Notes under the pieces: model-generated | Told to the model about the DNA's origin: nothing | Databases searched by the model: none | What the model saw: the letters and a program-made list of their open reading frames with translations, nothing else | Position numbers and translations under genes: made by a program | Part shown: positions 1 to 10,449 of the stretch, piece after piece | Layout of the letters: each line of letters opens with the position of its first letter | How positions within the stretch are numbered: position 1 is the stretch's first letter | Assembly: GCA_025340205.1 (NCBI GenBank) | Contig: CP006868.1 | Location: forward strand, 870,001-902,000 | From: Ignicoccus pacificus DSM 13166 | Lineage (GTDB): Archaea; Thermoproteota; Thermoprotei_A; Sulfolobales; Ignicoccaceae | Reading direction: 5' to 3' | DNA: 32,000 nucleotides

Positions 1-1091
1 GGTCAGGCAACGTTACTGAAATAACGCTCAAGATAACGAATGTTGGTAACGACGTGGCCATAGCTCCCGAGCTTACCATAGGATCCTCCAAGATCATAGG
101 AGTAGTAGGAGAGACCACGTTTGTTCTCAATAATATCAAGCCTAAGGATTCGGTTACCGTGAAACTACAAGTAAACGTACAACCGGTTAACAAGAGAACG
201 GCAGCTTCGTTAAGCTACAGCTTAAGGTATGGCGATCCTTGGGGGAAGACTTACAATAACAGAGGATCTCTCACATTTACAATACTACCTATGAAAAGAG
301 CAGATGTAGTAGTGCACGTTCTATCAAACACGTTGATAAAAGGAGATAACAGAGTCCTTCTGGTTAGGGTAAGGAACGTCGGTAACAGTATTGCAAAGAA
401 TATAACCTTGACCGCATACGCAAGCGGTGTAGTGATAAAGGATCCCACCCTTAGAATAGGAACCTTAATGCCCGGTCAAGCGATAACGTGGCGTTTAGTT
501 TACAGCATTCCAACTTCCTCTTTGATAAACAGTGTGCAACTGAGTGTTACTGTAAACTATTTAAGCAATGGACAAAGTGAAGTAAATACTTTCAGTTTTC
601 CTATGAAGGTAATAATGGGACCTCAAATGGAGATAACAGACGTAACGGTGACCCCTCAGAAAGTGATCGCTGGTAAGGCGCTAAGCGTTTCTGTGGTCCT
701 AGTGAACAGTGGCGACGCCCCTGCCTACAACGTTCACGTGAGTGTACAGCTTCCCGTTCAACTGACCGCGATCGGACCTACAAGGGTGTTCTTGGGTAAT
801 ATTAGACAGCAGAACAGCGTTCCCGTAGCCTTCGTCTTAAAGCCAAAGGAAGGAACAGCACCAGGAACCTACGTAGCTAAGATTGTGGCCAGTTACAACT
901 TCAACGGAGCTAGGTATAGTGTAGAAACTCCTGTCACAATAATAGTTACGTCTCCAAGCTCGCAGTACGTGAGCATGTTCGAGAGATATAAGCTCTACGC
1001 TGCTATAGGAGGAGCAGCTCTAGCGTTAATCGTAATTGTGGTACTTATCAAGAGGAGAAGGAAGAGCGGTGAAGTGATTACAGAGGAGTGA
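1..1091 (+). CDS. Secreted/surface CARDB/S-layer-like repeat protein with C-terminal TM helix (5' partial)
   Basis: Frame stays open upstream of the tracked start at 54 to the window edge (..SGNVTEITLKITNVGNDVAIAPEL). Repeated Ig/CARDB-like segments, then a C-terminal hydrophobic helix (LYAAIGGAALALIVIVVLI) followed by KRRRK. Confidence 0.75.
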   Translation, partial: SGNVTEITLKITNVGNDVAIAPELTIGSSKIIGVVGETTFVLNNIKPKDSVTVKLQVNVQPVNKRTAASLSYSLRYGDPWGKTYNNRGSLTFTILPMKRADVVVHVLSNTLIKGDNRVLLVRVRNVGNSIAKNITLTAYASGVVIKDPTLRIGTLMPGQAITWRLVYSIPTSSLINSVQLSVTVNYLSNGQSEVNTFSFPMKVIMGPQMEITDVTVTPQKVIAGKALSVSVVLVNSGDAPAYNVHVSVQLPVQLTAIGPTRVFLGNIRQQNSVPVAFVLKPKEGTAPGTYVAKIVASYNFNGARYSVETPVTIIVTSPSSQYVSMFERYKLYAAIGGAALALIVIVVLIKRRRKSGEVITEE

Positions 1092-2296
1092 GCACGATGA
1101 TATTGAACGATCTCTTCAAGCTAACGCTTAAAGATGTTAAAAGCGGTGGAATAAGATCGTTACTCGTTCTATTAAGTGTTGCGGTTGGCGCTGCTTCTCT
1201 CATTGCCTTTGTGGCACAAGCAGAGGGCATGAGATATAACGTAGAGACGCAGTTCAGAGGACTTTCGGCGAATGTCATAATAGGAATGTCACCAATTCCT
1301 TCCTTAACCTATCAAGACGTTATAGTGCTGAAATCGTTCAGGCACGTCGTAGATGTTAGAGCTGCTTTATTTGCAGACGTGAAGATCCCAGCTAAAGGGA
1401 AATACCTCGATTTCAAGTTAGTGGGAATGGATGCCAAAACGTTCTACACAATATTTCCCTCAGCCGTACCTAAGTATGGTAGTATCGAACTGAACGCTCC
1501 AGACTTAGCTTCAATAGGTTTCCAAGTATATAAAGAGACTAAAATAGGGCTGAACAGTCTCCTACCAATAAAGTTCGGAAGAAAAATATTCTACGTTAGA
1601 GTCTCAGCTGTGCTAGCTCCGCTAGGCGTGAGCCCACTCGCCGTAGGCTTCGAACCCGACAAGGCAGTATTTGTAAACATAAACGACGTTAAATCGTTCT
1701 TAAATGTAAGGAAAATGAACTTGGTGTATATAATAGTTGATAGTCCAAAGAACGTGGATAAGGTATATCAAGAAGTCAGTAACTACTTGAAGGGCAAGAA
1801 GTTTCAAGTCTTTGCCCCTCTTAGCGTCATAAAGGTCTATATGTCAGCAGTGAGCTTTGCTGAGCGATTCCTTCTAGCTATGTCGATGATGGCATTTGTC
1901 GCTAGTGGATTTAGCATAGCTAATACAATGATGATAACGGTAATAGAAAGAACTAAAGAAATAGGTGTTATGAAGGCGGTGGGCTTCACTTCAAGACAAA
2001 TAATGATGTACTACCTCCTATTAGCTATAAGCTATGGTCTAATCGGAGGGATAATAGGATCGGTAATAGGGTATGGGCTAGCTAACATTGTAAGTAGGTA
2101 TATGACAGTTATAGGAGCGGGGATAGAACAATATGTAACCAAGTATTTCAACATGAAAATACCTTCCGCTAAGGTTACTCATACTTTGGTTCTGGAAGCC
2201 CTATTATTCTCCGTGGCCACAGCGGCGATCTCAGGATTGTATCCGGCTTACAAGGCATCTCGCTTGGATCCCGTGAAGGCGCTGAAGAGCGAGTAA
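1088..2296 (+). CDS. ABC transporter permease, MacB/FtsX-like
   Basis: N-terminal TM, large extracytoplasmic domain, three C-terminal TMs, and ERTKEIGVMKAVGFTSRQIM / [18 protein letters not shown] motifs. Start overlaps the stop of the upstream gene. Confidence 0.9.
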   Translation: MSTMILNDLFKLTLKDVKSGGIRSLLVLLSVAVGAASLIAFVAQAEGMRYNVETQFRGLSANVIIGMSPIPSLTYQDVIVLKSFRHVVDVRAALFADVKIPAKGKYLDFKLVGMDAKTFYTIFPSAVPKYGSIELNAPDLASIGFQVYKETKIGLNSLLPIKFGRKIFYVRVSAVLAPLGVSPLAVGFEPDKAVFVNINDVKSFLNVRKMNLVYIIVDSPKNVDKVYQEVSNYLKGKKFQVFAPLSVIKVYMSAVSFAERFLLAMSMMAFVASGFSIANTMMITVIERTKEIGVMKAVGFTSRQIMMYYLLLAISYGLIGGIIGSVIGYGLANIVSRYMTVIGAGIEQYVTKYFNMKIPSAKVTHTLVLEALLFSVATAAISGLYPAYKASRLDPVKALKSE

Positions 2297-3746
2297 ACAC
2301 CACATCCTCGTCTTTCGCTATTAGGAGCTCTATATAGGAAACCTCGCTCCTTCCCAGCGCCCATTGAGAACCATCATGAAGTAAGAACAAAGAGCCTGCC
2401 TTAAAATTAATTTTGGGGAACTCTAAGAGATCCCCTTTCTTAAAGGATGATGAAGTAACATCGTTAACGGTGACTACTAGTCCTTCCTTGAGGAGTGTAG
2501 AAGGACATGGAATAGCCCTAGTAGGGGTGAGAAGAGCGTCCCCTATTTTAGAAGGATTCTTCCCGTATGCATATATGAAGCTTTTCTTATAGAAATCGAT
2601 ATAGCGAACTTCACCGAAATCGGTGTGTAAGGCTTTGTCGCAGAGCGCACAGTCCCTAGGCACCGTACTCTTAGGAAAAGCGCTCTCGCCCCTCTCCAGA
2701 AGCTTTCTCCACTTATGGTGAAGGTGATACATCCCTTCGTATAACCTAGGATGGACGTGAGAGAACGAGATAGCCCACTTGTAGAAGGTTCCGTAAGCTA
2801 TTCTTTCCCTAATTTCGAGCACCATCTTCCATGCTATGTTTAGATTATGCATTGCTAAGAATCTTATCAATTCGGTCTTACTCATACCGGTTAGGTCTCT
2901 TGGCGTGTATTTTGAACAAACATCGCAATCGCAAGGGAAGTCCCTCAGTTTGACAAGTTCCTCTACTTTGAGAGTACCCCAAGGAGTTAAGTATCTACCG
3001 TCTTTCGCCGCTAAGATGTACATAGCTGAGTCGAACATGTCCACGCCCATTGCTACCAATAAGGGAAAGATCAGTGGATGGCCGGCGCCAAAGGCATGGA
3101 CAGGGGTTCCGGCATTACGAGAAAGCATCACAGGTGCTATAACATCAACTAATTCTTTGAACTTATAGGATACCATTAAAGGAACGATTCCCCCGACAGC
3201 TAGCAGATCGGCTCCTTCACTTATGTAAACTCTCGTGGCATAGCCTCTGATCTCCGGATAAAGACCGCCTTGGACCGGTGATGTAACTATTTTGTTCGTT
3301 AGAGCTCTCGCTTCTTTCCAACGCTCTATCGAGATCTTTGCTTTCCTTAAGGCCTCCTCCTTTGAGTCTGTAGGCAAGCTGAAGAGATCTACCGGAGTCG
3401 CTATGTCTACTCCTACGCTATCTTGATAGGTTATGGACTCGACCGGATCTACCTTCACGCCTCTGCTATATGCTTGGTAGGTACCCGAATCGGTGTAAAG
3501 CACTCCCTCCCATCCTAGCACTTCTTTCAGATTCTTCTTTCCGACCTTCCTTTTTGCTATAAATGAGCTCGTCATTATTATGTCTATACCTATTTTCTTC
3601 AAATAACTTATTGGGACTATTTGTTTTCTCGGGTCTGGATCGACCACTACGAGGAGGGTTGGTGTTGTTATTCTAAAGGAATGGATTTTCAATAGGCCCA
3701 AGCGGGCCGCGCCATCCCTCTCGATAGGTTCCCATATCATTTGCAT
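2175..3746 (-). CDS. tgtA: Archaeosine tRNA-guanine transglycosylase
   Basis: [46 protein letters not shown] and zinc-ligand CDCDVC..H motifs. Confidence 0.9.
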   Translation of the reverse strand: MQMIWEPIERDGAARLGLLKIHSFRITTPTLLVVVDPDPRKQIVPISYLKKIGIDIIMTSSFIAKRKVGKKNLKEVLGWEGVLYTDSGTYQAYSRGVKVDPVESITYQDSVGVDIATPVDLFSLPTDSKEEALRKAKISIERWKEARALTNKIVTSPVQGGLYPEIRGYATRVYISEGADLLAVGGIVPLMVSYKFKELVDVIAPVMLSRNAGTPVHAFGAGHPLIFPLLVAMGVDMFDSAMYILAAKDGRYLTPWGTLKVEELVKLRDFPCDCDVCSKYTPRDLTGMSKTELIRFLAMHNLNIAWKMVLEIRERIAYGTFYKWAISFSHVHPRLYEGMYHLHHKWRKLLERGESAFPKSTVPRDCALCDKALHTDFGEVRYIDFYKKSFIYAYGKNPSKIGDALLTPTRAIPCPSTLLKEGLVVTVNDVTSSSFKKGDLLEFPKINFKAGSLFLLHDGSQWALGRSEVSYIELLIAKDEDVVFTRSSAPSRDPSEMPCKPDTILRSPLWPRRIIGLPEPKYE

Positions 3747-4156
3747 GGCTTGAACCCGGCTACCTTCAAGATCCTTATAGCCAAGTGAGCAGCGTTTTTG
3801 GCATTGTCAATGCCAACTGCGGCCACGGGAACCCCAGGAGGCATTTGAACAATACTGAAGAGGGCATCAAGACCCATGAGCTTCACGTCTCTGGGAACGC
3901 CTATTACCGGTTGTTCAACCCTAGAAGCTATGACTCCTGGTAGATGAGCTGCGAGACCAGCTATAGCTATGTATACCTTTATATACTCTTTACTCTCCTC
4001 TAGGTACTTGTCGAGCTCTTTGGGCGTCCTGTGAGCGGAGAGGACGCGTACCTCGTAAGGAACACAATGCTCTTTAAGCACTTCTTCTGCTTTCTTAGCT
4101 AACTCCTCGTCAGATTTCGAGCCCATGATGATAACCACGAGAGGCTTCTCGCTCAT
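3737..4156 (-). CDS. purE: N5-carboxyaminoimidazole ribonucleotide mutase
   Basis: [24 protein letters not shown] and [16 protein letters not shown] motifs. Confidence 0.95.
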   Translation of the reverse strand: MSEKPLVVIIMGSKSDEELAKKAEEVLKEHCVPYEVRVLSAHRTPKELDKYLEESKEYIKVYIAIAGLAAHLPGVIASRVEQPVIGVPRDVKLMGLDALFSIVQMPPGVPVAAVGIDNAKNAAHLAIRILKVAGFKPCK

Positions 4157-4208
4157 GATCGACTCCCGGGAGGAAGGTGTGAAGATAGTAAATATCTCTG
4201 GAGTTGCT

Positions 4209-5675
4209 TTAACCCAAAAATCCTCTCATCTCCGCTAGTTCAACTACTAAGGCCTTTGCCCTGCTTATTTCGGCAGCCTCTATCTTCTCCCTGAGTTCCT
4301 TCAGCTTATTCATATACTTTTCATCGGGAGTCTTGGGAGAAGGTAAGTCACCGAAGTATTCCTTTATCGTATCAATATCCTTCTTTATCATTTCGAAAGT
4401 CTTTTCGTCTACATACTTCTTGAATACGTCTAAGTTGCTATAGGCCAAGTCGAATCCCCAGTCCTTCTTGAGTAAGGTCAAGAATTTCATTAACACTTCT
4501 AGGTTATAGGCGTCGCCTTTAGCGAAGTCTTCTATCACCGATGCGCCTACTAGCGAGGGACCTAATCCCATTGAATACATTGAGGCACAGAACTTGATGG
4601 CTCTGGGCATCTCCTTACCAGTCTTAGCCTTTCTCTTATAGGTGTCTAGCCTGGCCCTAGTCCCTAAGACTAGCTTTGACATGAACTGAATTGCATCGAC
4701 TAATCTATCTAATCTCTGTACATAGACCTCTGAAGCTTTCCATGCCATGGATATCAGCCTTTGTTCTTCGTCTAGCAAGCTCAAGTCGGGGACCTTCCCG
4801 GCATTGTTGGCAATAGTCATGACTGTGGCGACGTAGTCTTTCCTATCGGTGTTGAACCTGAGTGCGGATTGAACGGTCGCTGTGAAGTAACCCTTCCATG
4901 CCTCTACCCACTCGTTTCTCACCCACTCCGCCATGTGGCCTCTCATGGGAGGCTTACCCATGCCGACTATTGGGTAACTCTTGAACATAGTGTTTTGTTG
5001 CCAGCGCCACATCTTTAATATTGCCATCTTTATTCCTATTGAACTAGTTATATGACCTCCGTGAATTGCGGAGTCACTCTTCCCTACGAAAACTCTGAAC
5101 TCTTTCTCGAATAGACCAATCTCCTTGATGAAGGCAATTCTTAATCCTTCTATTATCTCATCTATGTGCATGTGGGATTCTGAGGTCTCGAAGAGAGGTA
5201 TGAGTCTTATCCATTCCTCTCTTCTAAGCGAGAACTCCTCTGCTACGAGTCTTTCCACTTTTAGTATCCTTCTTTGAACTTCCGCCAGCTCTATTGTGCT
5301 AGCTGACATCGGTAATACTATGAACTGGACAGCATTAGTATTGAAGTACATCTGTGAATACATGTTAGCTGTGACTGCAGCGGTGATAGCTAGTAAGTGC
5401 TTATCCTTGTCCTCGAGCCTTGGATTAGGAACTCTGGGTGTTATCAAGAAGTCCTCTCCTGGAACTATGTCGTGATATCTCGCTTCCTCTATGATTGCTC
5501 TTATTTGACTATAAGGAGTGGCTTTTCCTTCATAATCTACCATCTTCTCATCGCAACCCCTACCTCCTCTTTCCAAGGGGATTACGTCTTCGATTGCCTC
5601 TTTGACCTCATCTTGGGGTGTGAATACTATTGTGCTGTCAGGGTGTTGTGTCGCCATAAGTTTCGGCACTCTCAA
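4209..5675 (-). CDS. ppcA: Phosphoenolpyruvate carboxylase, archaeal type
   Basis: [15 protein letters not shown]..., [14 protein letters not shown] and [18 protein letters not shown]; 488 aa, the size of the archaeal family. Confidence 0.93.
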   Translation of the reverse strand: MRVPKLMATQHPDSTIVFTPQDEVKEAIEDVIPLERGGRGCDEKMVDYEGKATPYSQIRAIIEEARYHDIVPGEDFLITPRVPNPRLEDKDKHLLAITAAVTANMYSQMYFNTNAVQFIVLPMSASTIELAEVQRRILKVERLVAEEFSLRREEWIRLIPLFETSESHMHIDEIIEGLRIAFIKEIGLFEKEFRVFVGKSDSAIHGGHITSSIGIKMAILKMWRWQQNTMFKSYPIVGMGKPPMRGHMAEWVRNEWVEAWKGYFTATVQSALRFNTDRKDYVATVMTIANNAGKVPDLSLLDEEQRLISMAWKASEVYVQRLDRLVDAIQFMSKLVLGTRARLDTYKRKAKTGKEMPRAIKFCASMYSMGLGPSLVGASVIEDFAKGDAYNLEVLMKFLTLLKKDWGFDLAYSNLDVFKKYVDEKTFEMIKKDIDTIKEYFGDLPSPKTPDEKYMNKLKELREKIEAAEISRAKALVVELAEMRGFLG

Positions 5676-5712
5676 GTCTTTAGCCCCTAGGTGTAAGGGG
5701 AACTCTGATTAG

Positions 5713-5758
5713 GTATATATCTGTATATTCAAGTTTAGGCGGGTACTACTAAAATTTT
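5713..5758. promoter_or_regulatory. Divergent TATA-like elements (gtatatat 5713-5720 for ppcA; aaaatttt 5751-5758 for the helicase gene)
   Basis: AT-rich boxes in the divergent intergenic region, about 20-40 nt from the two start codons. Confidence 0.4.
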
Positions 5759-5772
5759 CTTCGCGCGTCGGC

Positions 5773-8475
5773 GTGGTGGGTAGAAGGGACGCCGTGAGAA
5801 CGCTAAACGAACGACTCAGAGAGGTGTTAAAGCGAAGAGGGATAAAGGAGCTTACGCCGATACAGCAGATCTCCATACCTACAATTCTCAGGGGTTTCCA
5901 TACTCTTATAATGGCACCCACTGGTAGTGGTAAGACCGAAGCGGCGCTTCTCCCTGTAGCCTCTAAGATGCTAGATGAAGGTGTGTTCGGTAAACTTACC
6001 GTCCTTTACATCACCCCTCTTAGGGCGCTCAACCGCGATATCGGAATAAGAGCCCTTTCCCTATTTAGGGAAATAGGCATGAACGTCGACGTGTGGCACG
6101 GTGACACACCTCAGTCTAGAAGGAAGAGAATAATGGAACAGCCTCCGGAGGTCTTAGTCACCACCCCAGAGAGCTTGAACATACTGTTGGTAAACAGAAA
6201 AATGAGGAAACATCTACGCTCAGTGAAGTATGTAATAATCGACGAGTTACATGAACTCATGGAAAGTAAGAGAGGTGCCGAGCTAACGGTAGCGCTGGAA
6301 AGGCTCTCTCTCATAGCAAGATTTCAGAGAATAGGGATAAGCGCCACTATCTCTAACGTCGAAGTAGCGAAGAGGTTCCTTGGTGGACCCAGATATGTTG
6401 TGGAAGTGTTGGATAAATCTAGGAAAGCACCGGAGATAGACGTGGTAATTGAGGAAGGCTTCGAAAATATGTTGAAGAAAGTAGAGGAGATGATAGTAAA
6501 TATTGACGGAGCGTTGTTGATATTCACTAATACTAGGGATACGGCCGAACAGATTGGGAAGGCGTTGAAGGAAAAGTTAGGGGATAAGGTATTTGTGCAC
6601 CATGGATCCCTTTCTAAGTCAGAAAGGGAGAAAGTGGAGAAATTAATAAGATCTGGAAAGACCAAGGCTGTAGTAGCCACCTCTAGCTTAGAGCTAGGAA
6701 TAGATGTGGGGAGCATTACTCATGTAATACAATTTGCTTCTCCAAGAAGAGTAACTAGACTGGTTCAAAGAATTGGTAGGGCGAAGCACGATCCACGCCA
6801 AAGGCCTAAAGGGACGGTAATAAGTGGATTGAAACCTTACGAGGTTTTGGAAGCCGTGGTAATAGCAAGGAGAGCGATAAAGGGCGATCTCGAGGAATTA
6901 AGACCATATTCCAACCCCTTGGACGTCTTAGCACATCAACTCGTAGGGATGTTTATGGAGGAGGAAAGGGATCCAAAGGAGTGTTATAGAGTAGTTCAGA
7001 GGGCGTACCCTTTCTGGAACTTGAGCTTAGAGGAGTTTGAGGAAATAATGAATCTTCTATCATCGATAAGATTGATAGAGTGTAAAGAGGGAAGGTGTAG
7101 AGCTACGAGGAAAGGCGAGATATACTACAGGACGACGGGGATGATAGTCGAGAGCAAGAGAGTACCAGTTAAGGTATACGGAGGTGAAGTCATCGGAACG
7201 TTGGACGAAGAGTTTGTCGTGGAGTTGAACCCCAGCGATCGTTTCATACTAGGAGGACGCATCTGGAAAGTGGTAGGTCTTGATGAGGATGTGGTAATAG
7301 TAGAGAAAGATGAAGGCATAGGTCCACCTCCCGCGTGGGAGGGAGACTTGATCCCCGTCGATTTCAAGGTGGCCAGAGAGGTTGGAGCTCTCAAGAGAAT
7401 GGTAGAGAAGATGATCGATAACTATCCTCTAGATGATAGGAATAAGAGGAAGGTTCTTGATATAATCAAGGAGTCGGGGGAGCCAAGGGCGACGGATAAG
7501 AGAATAGTAATAGAGGTTGAAGGTAATACGATCGTCTATAACATCCATGGTGGGAGTAACATAAACAACGCTTTAGGCTACGCCCTAAGTTATATAGCCA
7601 GGCTAAGATATGGGTCTTCCTCCTTTAATACTACACCTTATCACGTGATTTTAATCCTGCCAAAAGTGATAACCGCTGATGAAGCTAAAGATATATTACT
7701 GAGTTTAAAGAACTTTAACCTAAAACGTCTGGTAATGGAGGAAGTGAAAAAGTCTAGGTTATTTAAATGGAGAATGATAAAGGTAATGGTTAGGATGGGA
7801 ATAATAAATAGGAAGAGGTTAACTGTAGATGAACTGCGCAAAATTGAGAAGGGGTTACTAAGAGTATACAGAGATAGTGTCGTAGGTAACGAAACTCTTC
7901 GAGAGATATTGCATGATAAAGTGGATATCGACGGACTACTTAAATTAATCGAAGGAATCGAATCCATGGAGGTAATATCGCGCGCTAAGTTCAGTAATCA
8001 AAGTCTTTGGGCATTGGAAAATGAGAGCAAAGTAAAGGAAGTAAGCGTGAGTCCCTCCTCTACCATACTTAACGTAGTGAGAAGGAGGCTAGAGAATAGA
8101 GAAGTCAAGATGATTTGTATGATGTGTGGATATCAATGGAGCGGGAAGGTTAGGGACGTAGGCCTGAAGTGTCCCAAATGTCAAGCCGGTTTCGTAGCTC
8201 CCTCTTTTAACGAAGAAATGTTGGAGAAGGTAGCCCTAAAGATAGCAAGAAATGAGAAAATCAAAGGAGAAGAGAAGAGAACTGCCAAGGAGGTTAGGGA
8301 AAGAGCAAACTTGCTAATGGTTTACGGAAGAGACGCATTGCTTGCCCTAGCTGCCAGAGGCGTGGGCGCACAAACGGCGAAACGAGTGTTGGCAGCATCC
8401 CGTACGGGCTCAGACCTACTTACAGAAATAATAAAGGCAGAGAAGACCTTCATAAGAACTAAGAGGTACTGGTAA
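5773..8475 (+). CDS. Lhr-type superfamily 2 helicase with C-terminal four-Cys zinc motif
   Basis: APTGSGKTEAALLP, DELHELMESKRG, SATISN, TTSSLELGIDVG, QRIGRAKHD; C-terminal CMMCGYQWSG...LKCPKCQAG. Confidence 0.88.
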   Translation: MVGRRDAVRTLNERLREVLKRRGIKELTPIQQISIPTILRGFHTLIMAPTGSGKTEAALLPVASKMLDEGVFGKLTVLYITPLRALNRDIGIRALSLFREIGMNVDVWHGDTPQSRRKRIMEQPPEVLVTTPESLNILLVNRKMRKHLRSVKYVIIDELHELMESKRGAELTVALERLSLIARFQRIGISATISNVEVAKRFLGGPRYVVEVLDKSRKAPEIDVVIEEGFENMLKKVEEMIVNIDGALLIFTNTRDTAEQIGKALKEKLGDKVFVHHGSLSKSEREKVEKLIRSGKTKAVVATSSLELGIDVGSITHVIQFASPRRVTRLVQRIGRAKHDPRQRPKGTVISGLKPYEVLEAVVIARRAIKGDLEELRPYSNPLDVLAHQLVGMFMEEERDPKECYRVVQRAYPFWNLSLEEFEEIMNLLSSIRLIECKEGRCRATRKGEIYYRTTGMIVESKRVPVKVYGGEVIGTLDEEFVVELNPSDRFILGGRIWKVVGLDEDVVIVEKDEGIGPPPAWEGDLIPVDFKVAREVGALKRMVEKMIDNYPLDDRNKRKVLDIIKESGEPRATDKRIVIEVEGNTIVYNIHGGSNINNALGYALSYIARLRYGSSSFNTTPYHVILILPKVITADEAKDILLSLKNFNLKRLVMEEVKKSRLFKWRMIKVMVRMGIINRKRLTVDELRKIEKGLLRVYRDSVVGNETLREILHDKVDIDGLLKLIEGIESMEVISRAKFSNQSLWALENESKVKEVSVSPSSTILNVVRRRLENREVKMICMMCGYQWSGKVRDVGLKCPKCQAGFVAPSFNEEMLEKVALKIARNEKIKGEEKRTAKEVRERANLLMVYGRDALLALAARGVGAQTAKRVLAASRTGSDLLTEIIKAEKTFIRTKRYW

Positions 8476-8519
8476 CAAGCTATTACGCTCCCTAGTCGCT
8501 GGGAACGGGGGTCAAGTCA

Positions 8520-9095
8520 TTGCCATTCGTAAGGAACGGCGAGCGAGTGATACCTGGCCAGAAGCTTTGTGTAATAGAAGAATTGACACCAGGAAAGGGA
8601 ACCTATGAGGACGAGAACGGTATAGTTAGGGCTGCCATACCCGGTGTGGTGAGACTAGACTTAATGAATTATGTCGTGGAGGTTAAAGGAAAGAGCGCAG
8701 ACCAAGAGCTTCCTAGTGGTAAGGACATAGTAATAGGCTATGTCTTGGGGATGAGGGATGAAGTGGCCGCTATAAAGATTGTAAAGAGCGTACACGGAGT
8801 CTTGAAAGGTATGGTATTTACTGGAGCATTACACATATCCCAAGCTTCTCCCAGAGGATATCTCAACACGCTATATGATGGTTATAGACCTGGCGACATA
8901 GTCAAACTAAAAGTCCTTAGCGGTCCTCCTTACGTCCTCTCTGCAAAGGGTAATAGATTAGGCGTTATCTTGGCGCACTGCAGCAACTGTGGTGCACCTC
9001 TTTACCTCAGAAAAGATGGTAATCTCAAATGTAAGCGTTGTGGTAATACGGAAAAGAGGGTTACTTCGGTTGATTATGTGTTAAGGGAGAGGTAA
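8520..9095 (+). CDS. csl4: Exosome RNA-binding subunit Csl4
   Basis: N-terminal domain, S1 domain (GALHISQAS...YRPGDIVKLKVLS) and C-terminal zinc ribbon CSNCGAPL...CKRCG. Confidence 0.92.
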   Translation: MPFVRNGERVIPGQKLCVIEELTPGKGTYEDENGIVRAAIPGVVRLDLMNYVVEVKGKSADQELPSGKDIVIGYVLGMRDEVAAIKIVKSVHGVLKGMVFTGALHISQASPRGYLNTLYDGYRPGDIVKLKVLSGPPYVLSAKGNRLGVILAHCSNCGAPLYLRKDGNLKCKRCGNTEKRVTSVDYVLRER

Positions 9096-9136
9096 AATCT
9101 CATAACCTATCTCGTGGTTCTTGCAGTGGGTAGGAC

Positions 9137-9826
9137 TTGTTGGATTTGATATCACTGATTAGGAGTTACACTCCCGAAGAGCTAGCGAGCAGAATAGACC
9201 AGACGTTACTAATATCTTCTCCAGATAAAGCTATAGAATTTGCCAAGCTATCGAGCAAATACCCATTTAGGTCTTTAGTGGGATTCCCTCAGATGCTTTC
9301 TTATTTCAAAAAGTACTGGAAAGGCAGACTCACAGCGGTGACCAACTTCCCCTATGGTCTATCTCCGCTCGATGCCGTCGAGAAGGAGATGAGAGAGGCA
9401 TGGGAGCAGGGAGCGGTAGAGGTAGACGTCGTAGCATCACCCTACCTCTTTAAGAAAGATATCGATGAATACAGAGAATATATAAGGGGGATGGTAGGAC
9501 TGGCTAGAGAAATTGGGTTTGATGTAGTTAAGGTGATTGTAGAAGCACCTTTGCTGAGCGATGAGGAACTCATCAGAGTAGCAAAGATAATCGAAGAAGT
9601 AAAGGCGGACTTCTTAAAGACATCGACGGGAGTATTAGCGAAGACTAAGATGAGGGATATTTACCTTGTTAAGATGGCTGCACCTTCACTAGAGGTGAAG
9701 GCTTCTGGAGGCATAAGAGAACCCGTTCAAGCGATATCAATGATAGCGCTTGGCACGTCCGTTATAGGGACTAGTACCGGTATTGAAATAGTTGAAGAGA
9801 TGAAGTTGTTGAAGAGGTTAATTTGA
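9137..9826 (+). CDS. deoC: DeoC-family deoxyribose-phosphate aldolase
   Basis: Aldolase Lys contexts VVKVIVEAP, FLKTSTG and VKASGGIR. Confidence 0.85.
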   Translation: MLDLISLIRSYTPEELASRIDQTLLISSPDKAIEFAKLSSKYPFRSLVGFPQMLSYFKKYWKGRLTAVTNFPYGLSPLDAVEKEMREAWEQGAVEVDVVASPYLFKKDIDEYREYIRGMVGLAREIGFDVVKVIVEAPLLSDEELIRVAKIIEEVKADFLKTSTGVLAKTKMRDIYLVKMAAPSLEVKASGGIREPVQAISMIALGTSVIGTSTGIEIVEEMKLLKRLI

Positions 9827-9872
9827 GGTCAGCTGAGACAGGTCGCATCACCTCTCAGCACCCCTTTAGTCT

Positions 9873-10196
9873 TCATCCCCCGATGAGGTAACGACGGTAT
9901 ACTGAAGGATGAGGAACGTTTCCCTTACTGAGGGTTAGTAATAAGTGTATTAAACACGCAAGTTCTCTCCACCTCACTTCAGAGTGTTCCAGAGGCAGAT
10001 CTAGAATTCCTTTACATGAAAGGTCCATGAACTTTACCTCTTCGAACCTTTTATCGTCTTCTAGTTCTTTTGAATTATTAATTATGAATACATGAGCTAT
10101 AGCACCACCTCTGGTACTTATCACAACTATTGGATTATTACCACAGCATATCGCTATTCTACTTTCCTTCTTCGAGCTCCTTCTGGAACCTTTCAA
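9873..10196 (-). CDS. Hypothetical protein, doubtful ORF
   Basis: 107-aa ORF, no recognised domain. Start overlaps the end of the rpo11 CDS and its 3' end is antisense to the candidate C/D sRNA. Confidence 0.25.
   Translation of the reverse strand: MKGSRRSSKKESRIAICCGNNPIVVISTRGGAIAHVFIINNSKELEDDKRFEEVKFMDLSCKGILDLPLEHSEVRWRELACLIHLLLTLSKGNVPHPSVYRRYLIGG
9877..9934 (+). ncRNA. Candidate C/D-box guide sRNA
   Basis: CCC stem (9877-9879), box C-like CCGATGA (9880-9886), 15-nt spacer, D' CTGA (9902-9905), C'-like AGGATGA (9906-9912), 15-nt spacer, D CTGA (9928-9931), GGG stem (9932-9934). Confidence 0.5.
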
Positions 10197-10449
10197 GGTA
10201 TTGTTGAGCCTCGTCGAGTACTTCCAGGAGGACCTTTAAGGGATCCACTTGACCGTCGGTCCTTATTGTGAGCCAGAGTACGTGTTTGAGGGGGTGCTCC
10301 ACATAATAGACTGACATTGTCACATGCTCCTTCTTGGCGGCTAACTTGGATATGAGATTACCTAAGGTATGGCTCTCCCCCTCTATCTTGATCCTTAACT
10401 CCTTATCGGTCCTCACTACTATTTCCGGCTTCTTCAATATCGCGCTCAT
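10159..10449 (-). CDS. rpoL: DNA-directed RNA polymerase subunit L (Rpo11)
   Basis: LRIKIEGESHTLGNLISKLAAKKEHVTMSVYYVEHPL. Start assigned to MSAILKK (CAT at 10447-10449) rather than the track's 10470. Confidence 0.92.
   Translation of the reverse strand: MSAILKKPEIVVRTDKELRIKIEGESHTLGNLISKLAAKKEHVTMSVYYVEHPLKHVLWLTIRTDGQVDPLKVLLEVLDEAQQYLERFQKELEEGK

Noticed and set aside
5397-5690. 97-aa ORF on the + strand
   Set aside because: Antisense to the conserved 5' part of ppcA; composition not protein-like.
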